NCBI GenBank assembly: GCA_044226015.1 | Contig: JBGAHS010000002.1 | Location: 1,171,435 to 1,235,434 of the forward strand | Length of the DNA: 64,000 nucleotides | Direction: 5' to 3' | From: Candidatus Obscuribacteraceae bacterium | Lineage (GTDB): Bacteria > Cyanobacteriota > Vampirovibrionia > Obscuribacterales > Obscuribacteraceae | Shown here: one piece after another, positions 30,501 through 41,088 of the stretch | Numbering within the stretch: position 1 is the first letter of the stretch | Layout of the letters: each line of letters starts with the position of its first letter | Notes under the pieces: model-generated | What the model saw: only the letters and a program-made list of their open reading frames with translations | Databases searched by the model: none | Told to the model about the DNA's origin: nothing | Translations under genes and position numbers: made by a program

Positions 30501-32486
30501 ATGAACAAGAAATTTGAAGCAGAATATGGAACATGGAAATCGCCAATTAGCAGCGATTTAATAGTATCAAATATGGTGCGAATGGGTAAAGTCTGCCTTG
30601 ATGGAGACACAGTCTATTGGCTCGAAACGCGACCTGAAGAAGCTGGCAGAGACATGGTTAGTTCATCGAGAGATGATCTCATAACAGACGTCACTCCTCT
30701 TCCACTCAATGTCAGAACGAGAGTTCACGAGTTCGGGGGCGGCAGCTTCAGCGCATTCGACGGACAGATATTCTTTTCCAATCTAATAGACCAGCGAATA
30801 TATGTGCAATCAAGAGATTCCAACGGCAAATTCAGCGAGCCATCTCCGCTGACTCCTGGTTTCTCAGAAACCGCCAGACATCTTCGCTTTGCCGACATTA
30901 CGATCGATCGCCAGCGCGAGAGACTGATTGTCGTTCAGGAAGATCATCGCGAAACTGATTCGACGCCCCCAGCTTGTTTAGTGGCAGTGCCGCTGGACGG
31001 AAGCGCAGCCATCACAAAACTAGTCGATGGATACGACTTCTATTCGTCACCGAAAGTTAGTCCAGACGGAACTAAACTTGCCTGGTTCTGCTGGAATCAT
31101 CCAAACATGCCCTGGTATGGTACTGACCTGTGGCTTGCAGATCTGGCAGCAGATGGCAGTTTAGAAAACCAGAGAATGGTTGCCGGTGGAGTGGATGAGG
31201 CGATATTTCAGCCCGAGTGGTCGCCTTCAGGACAACTATATTTTTGCTCGGATCTCAGTGGCTGGTGGAACATATACCGACTCGACCAAAATGAAAAAGT
31301 AGAGCGTGTTCTCGAAATCGAGGCAGAATGCGGCTTTCCACATATGTATTTCGGACACTCAAGTTACGCTTTTGTGGACAACGAACGAATAATTTTCACC
31401 TACGCTAAGCACGGCATGTTCGGACTCGCCGAACTAAACACAGTGCAAAAGACGTTTGCACCGATACAAAGTAAGTTTGGTGAGATAACATTCCTTCGCG
31501 CAAACGCAGAGAGAGCTGTTTTTCGTGGTGGCGCACCCGACCAGCCAGTTTCCATTATTGAAATGGATGTAAAAACGAAATCCTTCAAAACCTTGCGACA
31601 ATCATTCGATTTATCCAGCTCAGACAGCGATTTTCCTGGATGCCTATCTTATGCTGAGCCCATAGAATTTCCCACAGAGAACGGACTGAATGCTCATGCA
31701 TTTTTCTATCCCGCAAGAAATGAGAATTATGTAGCACCTGCTAACACGCTCCCCCCGCTGATAGTGCGCATCCACGGCGGTCCCAATAATCAGCACTTTA
31801 ATACACTCGACCTCACAATTCAGTATTGGACCAGCCGAGGCTTTGCACTGGTCGATGTGAACTATGGGGGCAGTACCGGATTCGGTAGAGAATACAGGCA
31901 AAGACTGAGGGGTAACTGGGGAGTTGTCGACAATCAAGACGCTGTGAACGCGGCGCGATATTTGGCAAACAAAGGGCTTGTGGACCCAAACAAAATGATT
32001 ATTACGGGGCTTAGCGCCGGCGGGTACGCCACCATATGCGGCGTCACTTTTTACAATGATTTTGCCTGCGGTTCAGCACAATTCGGAGTCAGCGATATGG
32101 AATCGATGGCCCAGTTATTCCATAAGTTCCAGTCAAACTTCCTACAGACGATGATTGCCCCCTTTCCGGAACAACGAGAGGTGTACAAGAAACGATCGGC
32201 TATCAACTTTGTGGATCAAATAAATTGCCCTATTTTGCTTTCTCACGGATTGCTAGATACTATTGTTCCAATTGACCAATCTGAGCGACTCGCGCATTCT
32301 CTGAACGAAAAGAAAAAGCCATATGCCTATGTGAAGTTTGATGATGAACCTCACGTTTTTCGTAAAGCTGCGAACGTGAAAAAATTCATTGAAATGGAAC
32401 TGGCGTTTTTTGGTGCTGTGCTTGGGTTTCAGCCTGCAGATCAAATTCCTCCTGTCAAAATCGAACATTTTCACCCGAGAAACTGA
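30501..32486 (+). CDS. S9 family prolyl oligopeptidase / acylaminoacyl peptidase
   Basis: IHGGP, NYGGSTGFGR, GLSAGG, HG..D..V, EPH. Confidence 0.9.
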   Translation: MNKKFEAEYGTWKSPISSDLIVSNMVRMGKVCLDGDTVYWLETRPEEAGRDMVSSSRDDLITDVTPLPLNVRTRVHEFGGGSFSAFDGQIFFSNLIDQRIYVQSRDSNGKFSEPSPLTPGFSETARHLRFADITIDRQRERLIVVQEDHRETDSTPPACLVAVPLDGSAAITKLVDGYDFYSSPKVSPDGTKLAWFCWNHPNMPWYGTDLWLADLAADGSLENQRMVAGGVDEAIFQPEWSPSGQLYFCSDLSGWWNIYRLDQNEKVERVLEIEAECGFPHMYFGHSSYAFVDNERIIFTYAKHGMFGLAELNTVQKTFAPIQSKFGEITFLRANAERAVFRGGAPDQPVSIIEMDVKTKSFKTLRQSFDLSSSDSDFPGCLSYAEPIEFPTENGLNAHAFFYPARNENYVAPANTLPPLIVRIHGGPNNQHFNTLDLTIQYWTSRGFALVDVNYGGSTGFGREYRQRLRGNWGVVDNQDAVNAARYLANKGLVDPNKMIITGLSAGGYATICGVTFYNDFACGSAQFGVSDMESMAQLFHKFQSNFLQTMIAPFPEQREVYKKRSAINFVDQINCPILLSHGLLDTIVPIDQSERLAHSLNEKKKPYAYVKFDDEPHVFRKAANVKKFIEMELAFFGAVLGFQPADQIPPVKIEHFHPRN

Positions 32487-32866
32487 AGCGCCCGGCCCCT
32501 GTAGTTTAAGCGTTTGCGGACCTCGACTTAATATGAGCCTGCGGTAATTTGTTAAGACACAGTCCTAGCGAGAGCCTTCCGCCAGCTATGTCAACTGCGA
32601 TGTACGCTTAAGCAGAACCTGAATGGCACTATCCGCGGTGTAGCAGAATTGAAACACCGCCTGGACTGCGTTTGCAGCTCAGGCGCTGGTTTGACTTTCT
32701 AGCTCTGCAGCAACTAAGGTCGAATAACTACTCTACTTTCATCAACCTCGGAAAAGATCTCTCAAGCTAACCCGCTGCTGCATTTGCGCAAATAAAAAAT
32801 CCCGCAATGGATTGCCAACGCAGCCGGGCGAACTGTCTTTTCAAGCCAATCCGAAAGGAGTCGCTT

Positions 32867-33796
32867 ATGGATAAGTCATCTGTTCGCCCGCCGGCCCAAA
32901 AATACGAATTCGTTCTTGGCGCTGGCGGTGTCGAAGGTCCCGCTCACATCGGGGTTCTTCGTTGCCTTGAAGAAAGGCAAGTTCCTCTCGGTAAGATAAC
33001 GGGTGCATCAGTTGGCGCGCTCATCGCGACGTTCATCGCCAACGGATACAACTCGAAACAGCTGCAGGAAATCTTCCTCAGCGAGAGCTTCCGTTATCCC
33101 AGCTGGGACCTCTGGTCGAAATGCATCCGCATGCCCGACCCGAGCAATCTCTTCTTCCCGTGGACCTTTGACCAGTCGACCTGGATGAACTACTTCATCA
33201 AGAACGCTTGGCCCTGGGTCGTGGACTTCAAGCCCTGGCTGACTCACGTAGTCAACGAGTATGGGCTGAAGCCGCAAGACAACCTGCGTCTCGTCGCCGC
33301 TGACGCTCTCACGCGCAAGCCGGTCGTCTTCCAGGGTTGCGACTATGACCTCGTCGACGGGCTCACTGCCTCTACTGCAGCGATATCCGGTCTCGGCATG
33401 CGTCCCCTCTGGATTCCGCCCAATGGAAATCACAGGGATGGACACGATGATTGTGAATCTGTCGGCGGGCATCTGCTCATCGATGGATTTTACTTCCACC
33501 CGATTCCGGCGACGCTCTGTGAGACGAAGCCCGCGATCGTGTCGAAGATCGGTTTTGCAACTCAACTGCCGAACGAGCGCTTGTCCCCCTGGGACTTCGC
33601 GATGCATCTTCGTGAGATGATGCTGGCGGTGCAGTTCGACGCGATGTTTCCGGATCCGCCCGGGCACATCATCATCGAGTCCGGAATGCGCAATGTGGCT
33701 TCGACGAATTTCGGCGTGTCGTTGCGCACGCTGGAAACCTTGATCGATCACGCGTACAAAGCAGCAAATGAAAAGCTGGCGCGTGAACTGCCCTAA
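32867..33796 (+). CDS. Patatin-like phospholipase
   Basis: LGAGG..G.AHIGV, GASVG, LIDG; AAGGAG RBS. Confidence 0.85.
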   Translation: MDKSSVRPPAQKYEFVLGAGGVEGPAHIGVLRCLEERQVPLGKITGASVGALIATFIANGYNSKQLQEIFLSESFRYPSWDLWSKCIRMPDPSNLFFPWTFDQSTWMNYFIKNAWPWVVDFKPWLTHVVNEYGLKPQDNLRLVAADALTRKPVVFQGCDYDLVDGLTASTAAISGLGMRPLWIPPNGNHRDGHDDCESVGGHLLIDGFYFHPIPATLCETKPAIVSKIGFATQLPNERLSPWDFAMHLREMMLAVQFDAMFPDPPGHIIIESGMRNVASTNFGVSLRTLETLIDHAYKAANEKLARELP

Positions 33797-34059
33797 CAGG
33801 TAGGCAGATTGCAGCATGCGGAATTTACCTGGCGTGCAATGAAGAACTGGCTCAATGCCTGGATCTTCATTGCACGTACTTTTTCTCTCCGGATCTACTA
33901 TGCCACTACGTAGACAACAGGTAGTGTACGACAGCCACTGCTGAGGAGTCCCAAAGCGCAACTGCAAATGCGTAGCTCCCAAAGCGCGTAGCAGCTCCCT
34001 AAAGCCACGAGCTAATACGTAACAGCTCCCTAAAGCGTCACCTGCATATGCGTAACTCC

Positions 34060-34740
34060 TCAATGGATTCTAAGGCGATAACCTATTCGCGGAATATTTT
34101 CGATGTACGAACTATCATCTGCATCACCGTCGTCGATTTTTTTGCGCAGGCGCTTTATAGCCGTACGTAGAGCTTCTGGTCCAGCCTCGCTGTCATCACT
34201 CCAGACCCGTGAAAGAAGGGCATCGGTACTAAATACGGTATCAGGATTGCGCATCAAGAACTCCAGTAAAGCAAAGTCTCTGGGCATAAGTTGAATCTCT
34301 TTGCCATCCTTGCTTATGCGGTGCTTTGCGATATCGAGTTTCAGACTTCCCACTTCCAACATGTTTGAGTTCATTGCCACCGGGCGCCTTAAGAGAGCCC
34401 TTACACGCGCAGACAGCTCCTTGAGGCTAAACGGTTTTGTAAGATAATCATCCGCACCTGCATCAAGACCTGAGACCCGGTCGGTGATTGCATCACGCCC
34501 GGTCAAGATCAACACCGGCATGCTTCCTTTGCTTAGGCGGTAACGTCTGCATATTTCAAGTCCACTGATCCCGGGCAATTCCCAATCTAGTATTGCAAGG
34601 TCGTAGGATGAAGATTTGATTCGGTCGTAGCCATCATTACCATCTGTACAGAGCACCACTTCGTAATGCTCTGTGGCAAGCCATGAACTGATGGTTGCAG
34701 CCATCTCAGCATCGTCTTCAACTAGCAGAATCTTTGCCAT
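34060..34740 (-). CDS. OmpR-family two-component response regulator
   Basis: ILLVEDD, LDWELPG, GADDYLTKPF, winged-helix C-terminus IGYRL; no adjacent kinase. Confidence 0.93.
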   Translation of the reverse strand: MAKILLVEDDAEMAATISSWLATEHYEVVLCTDGNDGYDRIKSSSYDLAILDWELPGISGLEICRRYRLSKGSMPVLILTGRDAITDRVSGLDAGADDYLTKPFSLKELSARVRALLRRPVAMNSNMLEVGSLKLDIAKHRISKDGKEIQLMPRDFALLEFLMRNPDTVFSTDALLSRVWSDDSEAGPEALRTAIKRLRKKIDDGDADDSSYIENIPRIGYRLRIH

Positions 34741-34890
34741 AGTAAGTGGGGCGGGGTTTAACAGCAAGCACAGTCTAGCATTATCTCATTTAATCTGATG
34801 GTCTCAGTTTCGCCACAGATCAACCACAGTTCCACCATTTGTTTTTCCTAGTATTCAGTCATCGGGAATGCCTGCAGCGCAGGCGAACAA

Positions 34891-35595
34891 ATGGGGAGAA
34901 GCGACATGGGCAAAGAACTTACAGAAGCAAAAAATCAAGAAGTAGAAACAAGTTCCTCAAATGAGCAAAGCAGCGCCAAAGGCAGATTGCTGGAAGATTA
35001 TCTGAATTCCTCGGATTTCAAAACTCAAAATGATATTGGAGACAAATTCTCGGGCGGAACAGATGCAGCAAAAGATCCATCTGGACTGAAAGATGGAAAA
35101 GCACTCGAGAAAAAAGATAACGAATCAGGGTCACCCAGTGGCTTACCTGAACTGTCGATAAGTGATGCAAAGAACAACAACAACAATGAAAAAGGCAAAA
35201 ATTCCGAAAAAGAAGAAATTTCCGACTCTCAAGACGCTAGCGAACAGGTAGCCGAAAAAGGCGAGGGCGAAAACAAGTCAAAAGATGATGACGATTCGAA
35301 ACAACAAGGCTCAGAAGTGGAAAGCAACAAGCCTTACGACAGCCCTCAAAAGAAACGAGAAGAAGGAAAACAAGAAAACGAGGATGAAGCCGGGAAATCA
35401 GCTGAATCGGGTGCTCCTCAACTCAAGACTGACGAATCTGGAAAAACTAGTGAATCTGAAAGCGGCAGAGAAAAATCTGACCAAACCGACGACGATGTGG
35501 ACACTGACAAGCCTGCTAGTTCTCCCCAGGAAAAGGGTGGAAATGAACAGAGCAAAGCTGGCAATTACCTGCCCGAATTAGTACTGGTCGCCTAA
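34891..35595 (+). CDS. Low-complexity acidic hypothetical protein
   Basis: E/K/S/D-rich; LPELSI and terminal YLPELVLVA motifs. Confidence 0.65.
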   Translation: MGRSDMGKELTEAKNQEVETSSSNEQSSAKGRLLEDYLNSSDFKTQNDIGDKFSGGTDAAKDPSGLKDGKALEKKDNESGSPSGLPELSISDAKNNNNNEKGKNSEKEEISDSQDASEQVAEKGEGENKSKDDDDSKQQGSEVESNKPYDSPQKKREEGKQENEDEAGKSAESGAPQLKTDESGKTSESESGREKSDQTDDDVDTDKPASSPQEKGGNEQSKAGNYLPELVLVA

Positions 35596-35717
35596 AGGCG
35601 ATATTGACTAAATACCTTACTAGTTTTCCTAGACGATGCCCAAGCCTCGCAGCGGTTGTAACCCAACCGCTGCTTCCTGCTTTACGTCGCTGCTAAGTTT
35701 CGGGCACTTCAAACACG

Positions 35718-35743
35718 AAATTTGATCGATATCGATCAAATTT
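35718..35743. repeat. 26-bp perfect palindrome, solitary member of the GATCGATATCGATC family
   Basis: AAATTTGATCGATATCGATCAAATTT. Confidence 0.9.
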
Positions 35744-36143
35744 GAACTTTTTACTCCCTTTCCGAGCGCTATCGCATGACAACACCAGGTCTGCTCAACG
35801 ACCCATCCCTCGCCTCTGGTAGATCCCTGACATCCTCGCTTAACATCTGCTAAGGCTTCCCTCGCTAGCTGCGTTAACTTCCATCCAGTTGTAAAGTAAC
35901 AATTGCATCGAAATTATTGCTTCTTGGGCTGCCAATTCCTTAGCTTAAGGACGCAATTTCCTCTCCCCACTTTCACAGGTCTAAACCCAGAGCCACTCAA
36001 AACCTACGCCAAAATCCTCTCGGCAGTGTCTGCTCTGGTTTTGAATTGCTATTCAGTTGCGCGCGCATCTGAGTAGTAATGTGCCTTTTGGAAGTGTGGA
36101 CAAGGAAGTTGAAGTCTCAAATCCTAACCTGGAGAAAATGCAC

Positions 36144-36506
36144 ATGAACGTTCTGCTCTTCATCCCCGCGTTGCTTCTCGGCTTCCCGTTCGTCGTCGGG
36201 TCCTGGATCGCCGCGTCCCGCGTCTACAAGTTCCTCGCCTCGAAGTTCAGCGGCCAGACCTCCTTCGTGGTCACGCTCTGCCTCGCGGCCGCTGTCCTCA
36301 GCCTCCTCACCGCTCCGGCGTGGCTCATCGGCTGGCAGGGTTACGCGATCGTCTGCGCCGTCTACGTCATCTTCGTCGGTGTCGGCGCTCCGCACATCCG
36401 TCGCCTCCTGAAGTTCCTCGCCATCGAGCTGGACTCCGACCCGACCAACGACGTCCCGCTGCCGGAAGACGAGGTCAAAACGAAGGACGCCCCCAAGAAG
36501 GACTAA
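36144..36506 (+). CDS. Small membrane protein (about 3 TM)
   Basis: GGAG RBS; hydrophobic segments; almost exclusively C/G-ending codons. Confidence 0.7.
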   Translation: MNVLLFIPALLLGFPFVVGSWIAASRVYKFLASKFSGQTSFVVTLCLAAAVLSLLTAPAWLIGWQGYAIVCAVYVIFVGVGAPHIRRLLKFLAIELDSDPTNDVPLPEDEVKTKDAPKKD

Positions 36507-36677
36507 CAATCCTTCGACATGCGTCGCGTCTGAGTACCAAGTACTGAGTAAGTAACAAGCCCAGTAGGGAAGAACCCAGTTCTTCCCTACTGGTGCTTTG
36601 CTTTCTTGCCTCAAAATCCGACGTTTTGTTTTTTCAGCCATTCTCTTATACGTTATAGTATTACGCCGCAGCGTCAA

Positions 36678-36794
36678 GTATCCTTCGATGCCGCCAGGAT
36701 GATATTGACCCCAAGCAGGATCCCAACAGACTCGCCACGCGTATCCTTCGATGCCGCCAGGATGATATTGACCCCAAGCAGGATCCCAACAGAC
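36678..36794. repeat. 54-bp exact direct repeat x2
   Basis: GTATCCTTCGATGCC...CCCAACAGAC at 36678 and 36741. Confidence 0.9.
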
Positions 36795-36884
36795 GGACCT
36801 AAGCAAGCACCTGTGCCAGCCAGCAGCTAGACGCGGATCCCTCCTTTAAGTAGAATCATCCTCAGCGTTTCGGGAACGTTCAGC

Positions 36885-38378
36885 TTGGACGATAATCAAA
36901 AAATTCAAAGCACTCAGACATTCGCCGAAAGGCTTGCCCTGAAGCTTGACCACAAGAATAGCGTCCCGCTATATCGGCAACTCAGTGAACGACTGCGCGA
37001 GATGATTCTCAGCCTGAAACTTATGCCAGGAGAACTCTTACCTTCGACTCGCGAACTCGCCATAGCTCTCAATGTCTCGAGAAAAACTGTTTTTCGCTGT
37101 TATGAGGACCTGCAGAGTCAGGGCTTCATCAAAACCGAATCTGGCTTAGGAACTTACGTAAACAACTCAAACTTTGCCAACACCAAGAGCACCGGCGAAA
37201 ACGTCATCCAGCACAGGCTGACCGCATATGCCCAAAGTTTGCTGAACTTGCCGGACGAACCAAGCCATCAAGGTGACCATCCCGAACTGCATTTCGGCGC
37301 TCCACCAGTGTCCGAGCTGCCACTGAGCGCATGGCGCCAAATGCTTCTAAAACAACTCAGAAAAACTGATTTAGACCAGTTCTATTATGATACGGAGGCA
37401 TTCGGTTATCTGCCCCTTCGTCAGGCACTTGCTTCTTATCTCATGCGTTCTCGCGCTCTGCATTGCGATGCTGAAAACCTTATCGTTTTTTCGCATGCTT
37501 TGAGCCCACTGCGTTTGCTCGCCAAAATCATGGTCGATGCAGGAGATTCGGTGGCAATGGAAAACCCCGGCTTCCCGTTTGCAAGACAAGTTTTTAGCTC
37601 AATCGGTGCAAAAATAATTCCAGTTGGTGTTGATGCTCAAGGATTGCGTGTACAAGAGTTAGCGGCTCTAAAAGAGCCTGTGAAGCTGGTTTATGTTACA
37701 CCATCCCATCAGGATCCCTGTGGTGTAATGATGAGTCTTGAGCGAAGAAAAGAACTGCTTGCTTGGGCAAAATCGAGCAACTGTTTGATTCTCGAAGACG
37801 ACTATGACAGCGAGTTTCGCTATACAGGCTCAACACTGCCCGCTCTAATGGCTCTTGATGAGAATGAATCGGTGATTTACATTGGCGATATGTGGAAAAC
37901 ACTGTTTCCGCTAGTAAATGTCGGTTACCTCGTTTTACCATCTGGGCTTCGTTCTGTTTTCAAAAAGGCGCAATCTATTAGTTGGACCAAAGCAAGCACC
38001 AGTCTTCCTTTTTTTGATCAGCTGGCACTTACTGATTTCATGAATGATGGTCTTCTCGAAAGACATTTGCGAAAAACCAAATCAACATACGCTAGCCGTT
38101 ACAGAAACCTCATAGTAGGACTGAGTAAGCATTTCAACAATCGAATTGACTATGCAAAAGAAAGCAGCAGCATGCAGCTGTTGATAAAGTTCAAACAACC
38201 TATAAGTGATTCAGAGGTAAAAGCAACTTCGGAAGCTGCCGGCTTATCCGTAGTCTCAACAAGAGCATATTATCAAGGCAATTTTGTTCAAAACGAGTAC
38301 TTACTTGCTTTCGTGATGCTTGAAGAAACAGAGATGAGCCGCCGCCTCAAACTCTGGTCGACTTTGCTTTTTGAATAG
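36885..38378 (+). CDS. MocR/GabR family regulator (GntR HTH + PLP aminotransferase-like)
   Basis: LYRQL, LPSTRELA..L.VSR.TV, YVTPSHQ, EDDYDSEFRY. Confidence 0.92.
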   Translation: MDDNQKIQSTQTFAERLALKLDHKNSVPLYRQLSERLREMILSLKLMPGELLPSTRELAIALNVSRKTVFRCYEDLQSQGFIKTESGLGTYVNNSNFANTKSTGENVIQHRLTAYAQSLLNLPDEPSHQGDHPELHFGAPPVSELPLSAWRQMLLKQLRKTDLDQFYYDTEAFGYLPLRQALASYLMRSRALHCDAENLIVFSHALSPLRLLAKIMVDAGDSVAMENPGFPFARQVFSSIGAKIIPVGVDAQGLRVQELAALKEPVKLVYVTPSHQDPCGVMMSLERRKELLAWAKSSNCLILEDDYDSEFRYTGSTLPALMALDENESVIYIGDMWKTLFPLVNVGYLVLPSGLRSVFKKAQSISWTKASTSLPFFDQLALTDFMNDGLLERHLRKTKSTYASRYRNLIVGLSKHFNNRIDYAKESSSMQLLIKFKQPISDSEVKATSEAAGLSVVSTRAYYQGNFVQNEYLLAFVMLEETEMSRRLKLWSTLLFE

Positions 38379-38839
38379 CATGGTAACAGATCGTTCGCTT
38401 GGGTAGCGCACAATCTAATCCCTCGCTTACCCGGCCTGGCAGCGAATAACAGCTTTTTTGCAGCAATTGGAACGCTGGTGACAGCTCCCTTAGATTAAAG
38501 GGTCCAGTGAAAACGGCATTTGTATCTCAAACGCACTTAGTCATTTCTACGACGGTGCTTTGCGCCAAAGGAGTCCACCTTAGCGTCTTGTTGGAGTCCA
38601 CAATAAACAATCCGTGAATTCATCCAGACTAGCGTATTTCAACGACCAACTGGCGTTGTGATCCCCTCTGGACGCGCACTAAGCTCAACTTACATCCACT
38701 TACCCACTCAAACCCCAAAGCAGCAGTTCCAACAAAACGAAACAGAACTAAACCCCAACCCAAGTTTGCGCTCATGCGTCACGCATAGAGCCACTATTGA
38801 TTTAATTGCCATTTCCCCTATTAGCAAAGAACTCCAGAA

Positions 38840-41056
38840 ATGACTTTTGAAGACACTATCGGAATGTTACTAGCATTGGTTATCGTACTCGGATTTGCCT
38901 TCATGACCCTGCGGCACGAAAAGTGCCACAAACTGCAACTCAGATTCAACGAAAAGGTCTATGCACTCTCTCTCGCGGTGAACCAGTATCGCAGTCTCAA
39001 TTTCGAACTCCAACAAGGACCCAGCGGACTCAACAAAGACAATTGCAAATTCGTGAACTCCAGCCTTGAGGAACACAAAATTGCAAAAGATGCTTGGGCT
39101 AAATTCCTGAGCACCTACACACTTGCAGTTGCGAAGCTGAAAAGCGCTCAAGATTTTCAACACGAAGTGTCTGGAGTTCCAACCTGGTGGAGACTTCCAA
39201 CCTTGCTGGAAATTGCCCTGAAGAATCTCTTCGAAGGTGAATGCAAGGATTTGCCAGACAAACTGACAACAGAAGCAACTGCCGCGAGGGAAGCAATCCA
39301 ACGGTTTGTTACAGCACAAAAGACGAATGATGCGCAACTCTGCAAACTTAATAATCAAATAAGCGGGAACAGTAAGACTATCGTTCCATTGTTCGAAGAG
39401 CTGAAACTATGGGGTCCGACCAGCCCGAGGTACCAGACAGCAGTTACTAACGTGCAAGAGCAATACCTAGAGTTGGAACAGTCCCTAAAGCTGGATCCAC
39501 TTGATCCGAAACAGGAAGCTGTCGCAAATCTAGGAAAGCAGATTGCAAAGCTCACAGCGTTACTGCACAGAGCTCTGCGTCTATTCATTTCTCTTGAAGA
39601 GATGAGATACGCTGTCGTTCGGTTGGAAACGCGAATTGAGTCGATGCGAAACGACCAACCGCTTTCGACAATGACTAATGTACGTTATATCCAAAACGGA
39701 TTCACTCTGGACGAGCCTGGTTTCGAAGTACAGAGCATGCTTGATGATTGTCGAACGCTTCTGGGACTCATGGACAAAGCCCTCCTTAACAGGCGCTTGT
39801 ATTCTTTCAGTAAGTACCATAAGTTGTGTTCAACGAAAACTGAACAGTTGAAGCGTTTGCTCGCAGAAATACTGGACGACAAGTGTTTCGTAGACGAGCA
39901 GATGCAAGCGGTCAAAAAGCAATCCACTGTTGAAGACCGGAAGTCTGACAGGAAGCATTGGACCAAGATCCGCCGATTATACAAGGCTCAGCACTGGCAT
40001 GCAGCAATGCTCAGTGTGAAAGAATTCCTGCTTGAGCACACGCCACGCGTGCAAGCAAGAGAGCAAGTCGGAAAGTTGGCAGATTCTTTCGCGCAGGTAC
40101 TTCGTGTTCTGCAAGCTTATCCGAACGCGATTTCCTTCGAGCTTGATGCTGCTTTTCAGTTGATAACAACTGAGATTAGTTGTCTGCACCAGCAGGCAGC
40201 AAGCAGCAAGGCAGACTGGGCATCGCTAGCAAAGGAAGCTCAAGAACTGGACTTCCGTCTCGTGGGTTCTTCACCTGAATCACTTCTCTTCCGCGGACAG
40301 GCAGAGTTTAATGCCTACGAACAAGCTCAAACTGAGCTGAATAAGCTCATAGAGACAGTGCGCAGATTGGACGAAGAGTTTGCCTTTTGGTGTGGTGAGG
40401 AAGCCGCAAACAAACAGCAAGAGGTGCAGAAACAAGCTTCAGAACTCATCGAAGATGCGAAGATAATCAAACAAGATTGGCAGCAATTAACTGCGCAAAT
40501 TCTTAAGAACATGGAGCTCTTGGAAGAAGCAAACACTTTACTCGAATTGGCAAAGGAGAAACATAGACTTCAAGAATTGCAAATCGAAAAACTCGAAGCT
40601 CAGCTATCGACCTGTCAAAAGGACGAAGCATACAGTCGAGTGATTTGTGGCACCAAATTCGGTGCCTGCATCTACATTCAGGATGAACAGCCTCAGAAAC
40701 TGCTTGCAAAAGCAAAGGCAAGCTTGAAGGGTCGAGACTATGAATCCATGCATCTTGATCTCCAGCAGGCGCGCGCACGCCTGTCTTCAGAGAACGTTGA
40801 GGCATGGTGGTTGTGCTTACAATTGATGGCTAACAGCGATGTAGCTTGCGCGCGTTCATTCGCCCTCAAGCATGGTTACACTCCTGGAGGCTTTGATTTG
40901 TGGTCCCAAGAGAAACTGAAGACAGACCATGAAGAACTCTATGTTCCTTCAAGTCATGCCTGTGCACACAAAGGGGGAAGCGCTTATCCAGTGATCTACC
41001 CCAACGATTTTCCTGTCATGAGCGATTATGAAGGCGGGCTAGTGCCAGCCGGATGA
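38840..41056 (+). CDS. Membrane-anchored long alpha-helical protein
   Basis: N-terminal TM; helical composition; aligns by eye with 50173-52026. Confidence 0.75.
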   Translation: MTFEDTIGMLLALVIVLGFAFMTLRHEKCHKLQLRFNEKVYALSLAVNQYRSLNFELQQGPSGLNKDNCKFVNSSLEEHKIAKDAWAKFLSTYTLAVAKLKSAQDFQHEVSGVPTWWRLPTLLEIALKNLFEGECKDLPDKLTTEATAAREAIQRFVTAQKTNDAQLCKLNNQISGNSKTIVPLFEELKLWGPTSPRYQTAVTNVQEQYLELEQSLKLDPLDPKQEAVANLGKQIAKLTALLHRALRLFISLEEMRYAVVRLETRIESMRNDQPLSTMTNVRYIQNGFTLDEPGFEVQSMLDDCRTLLGLMDKALLNRRLYSFSKYHKLCSTKTEQLKRLLAEILDDKCFVDEQMQAVKKQSTVEDRKSDRKHWTKIRRLYKAQHWHAAMLSVKEFLLEHTPRVQAREQVGKLADSFAQVLRVLQAYPNAISFELDAAFQLITTEISCLHQQAASSKADWASLAKEAQELDFRLVGSSPESLLFRGQAEFNAYEQAQTELNKLIETVRRLDEEFAFWCGEEAANKQQEVQKQASELIEDAKIIKQDWQQLTAQILKNMELLEEANTLLELAKEKHRLQELQIEKLEAQLSTCQKDEAYSRVICGTKFGACIYIQDEQPQKLLAKAKASLKGRDYESMHLDLQQARARLSSENVEAWWLCLQLMANSDVACARSFALKHGYTPGGFDLWSQEKLKTDHEELYVPSSHACAHKGGSAYPVIYPNDFPVMSDYEGGLVPAG

Positions 41057-41088
41057 TTCGTCTTTCACGTTGCCTGAAGGGAGGCTTC

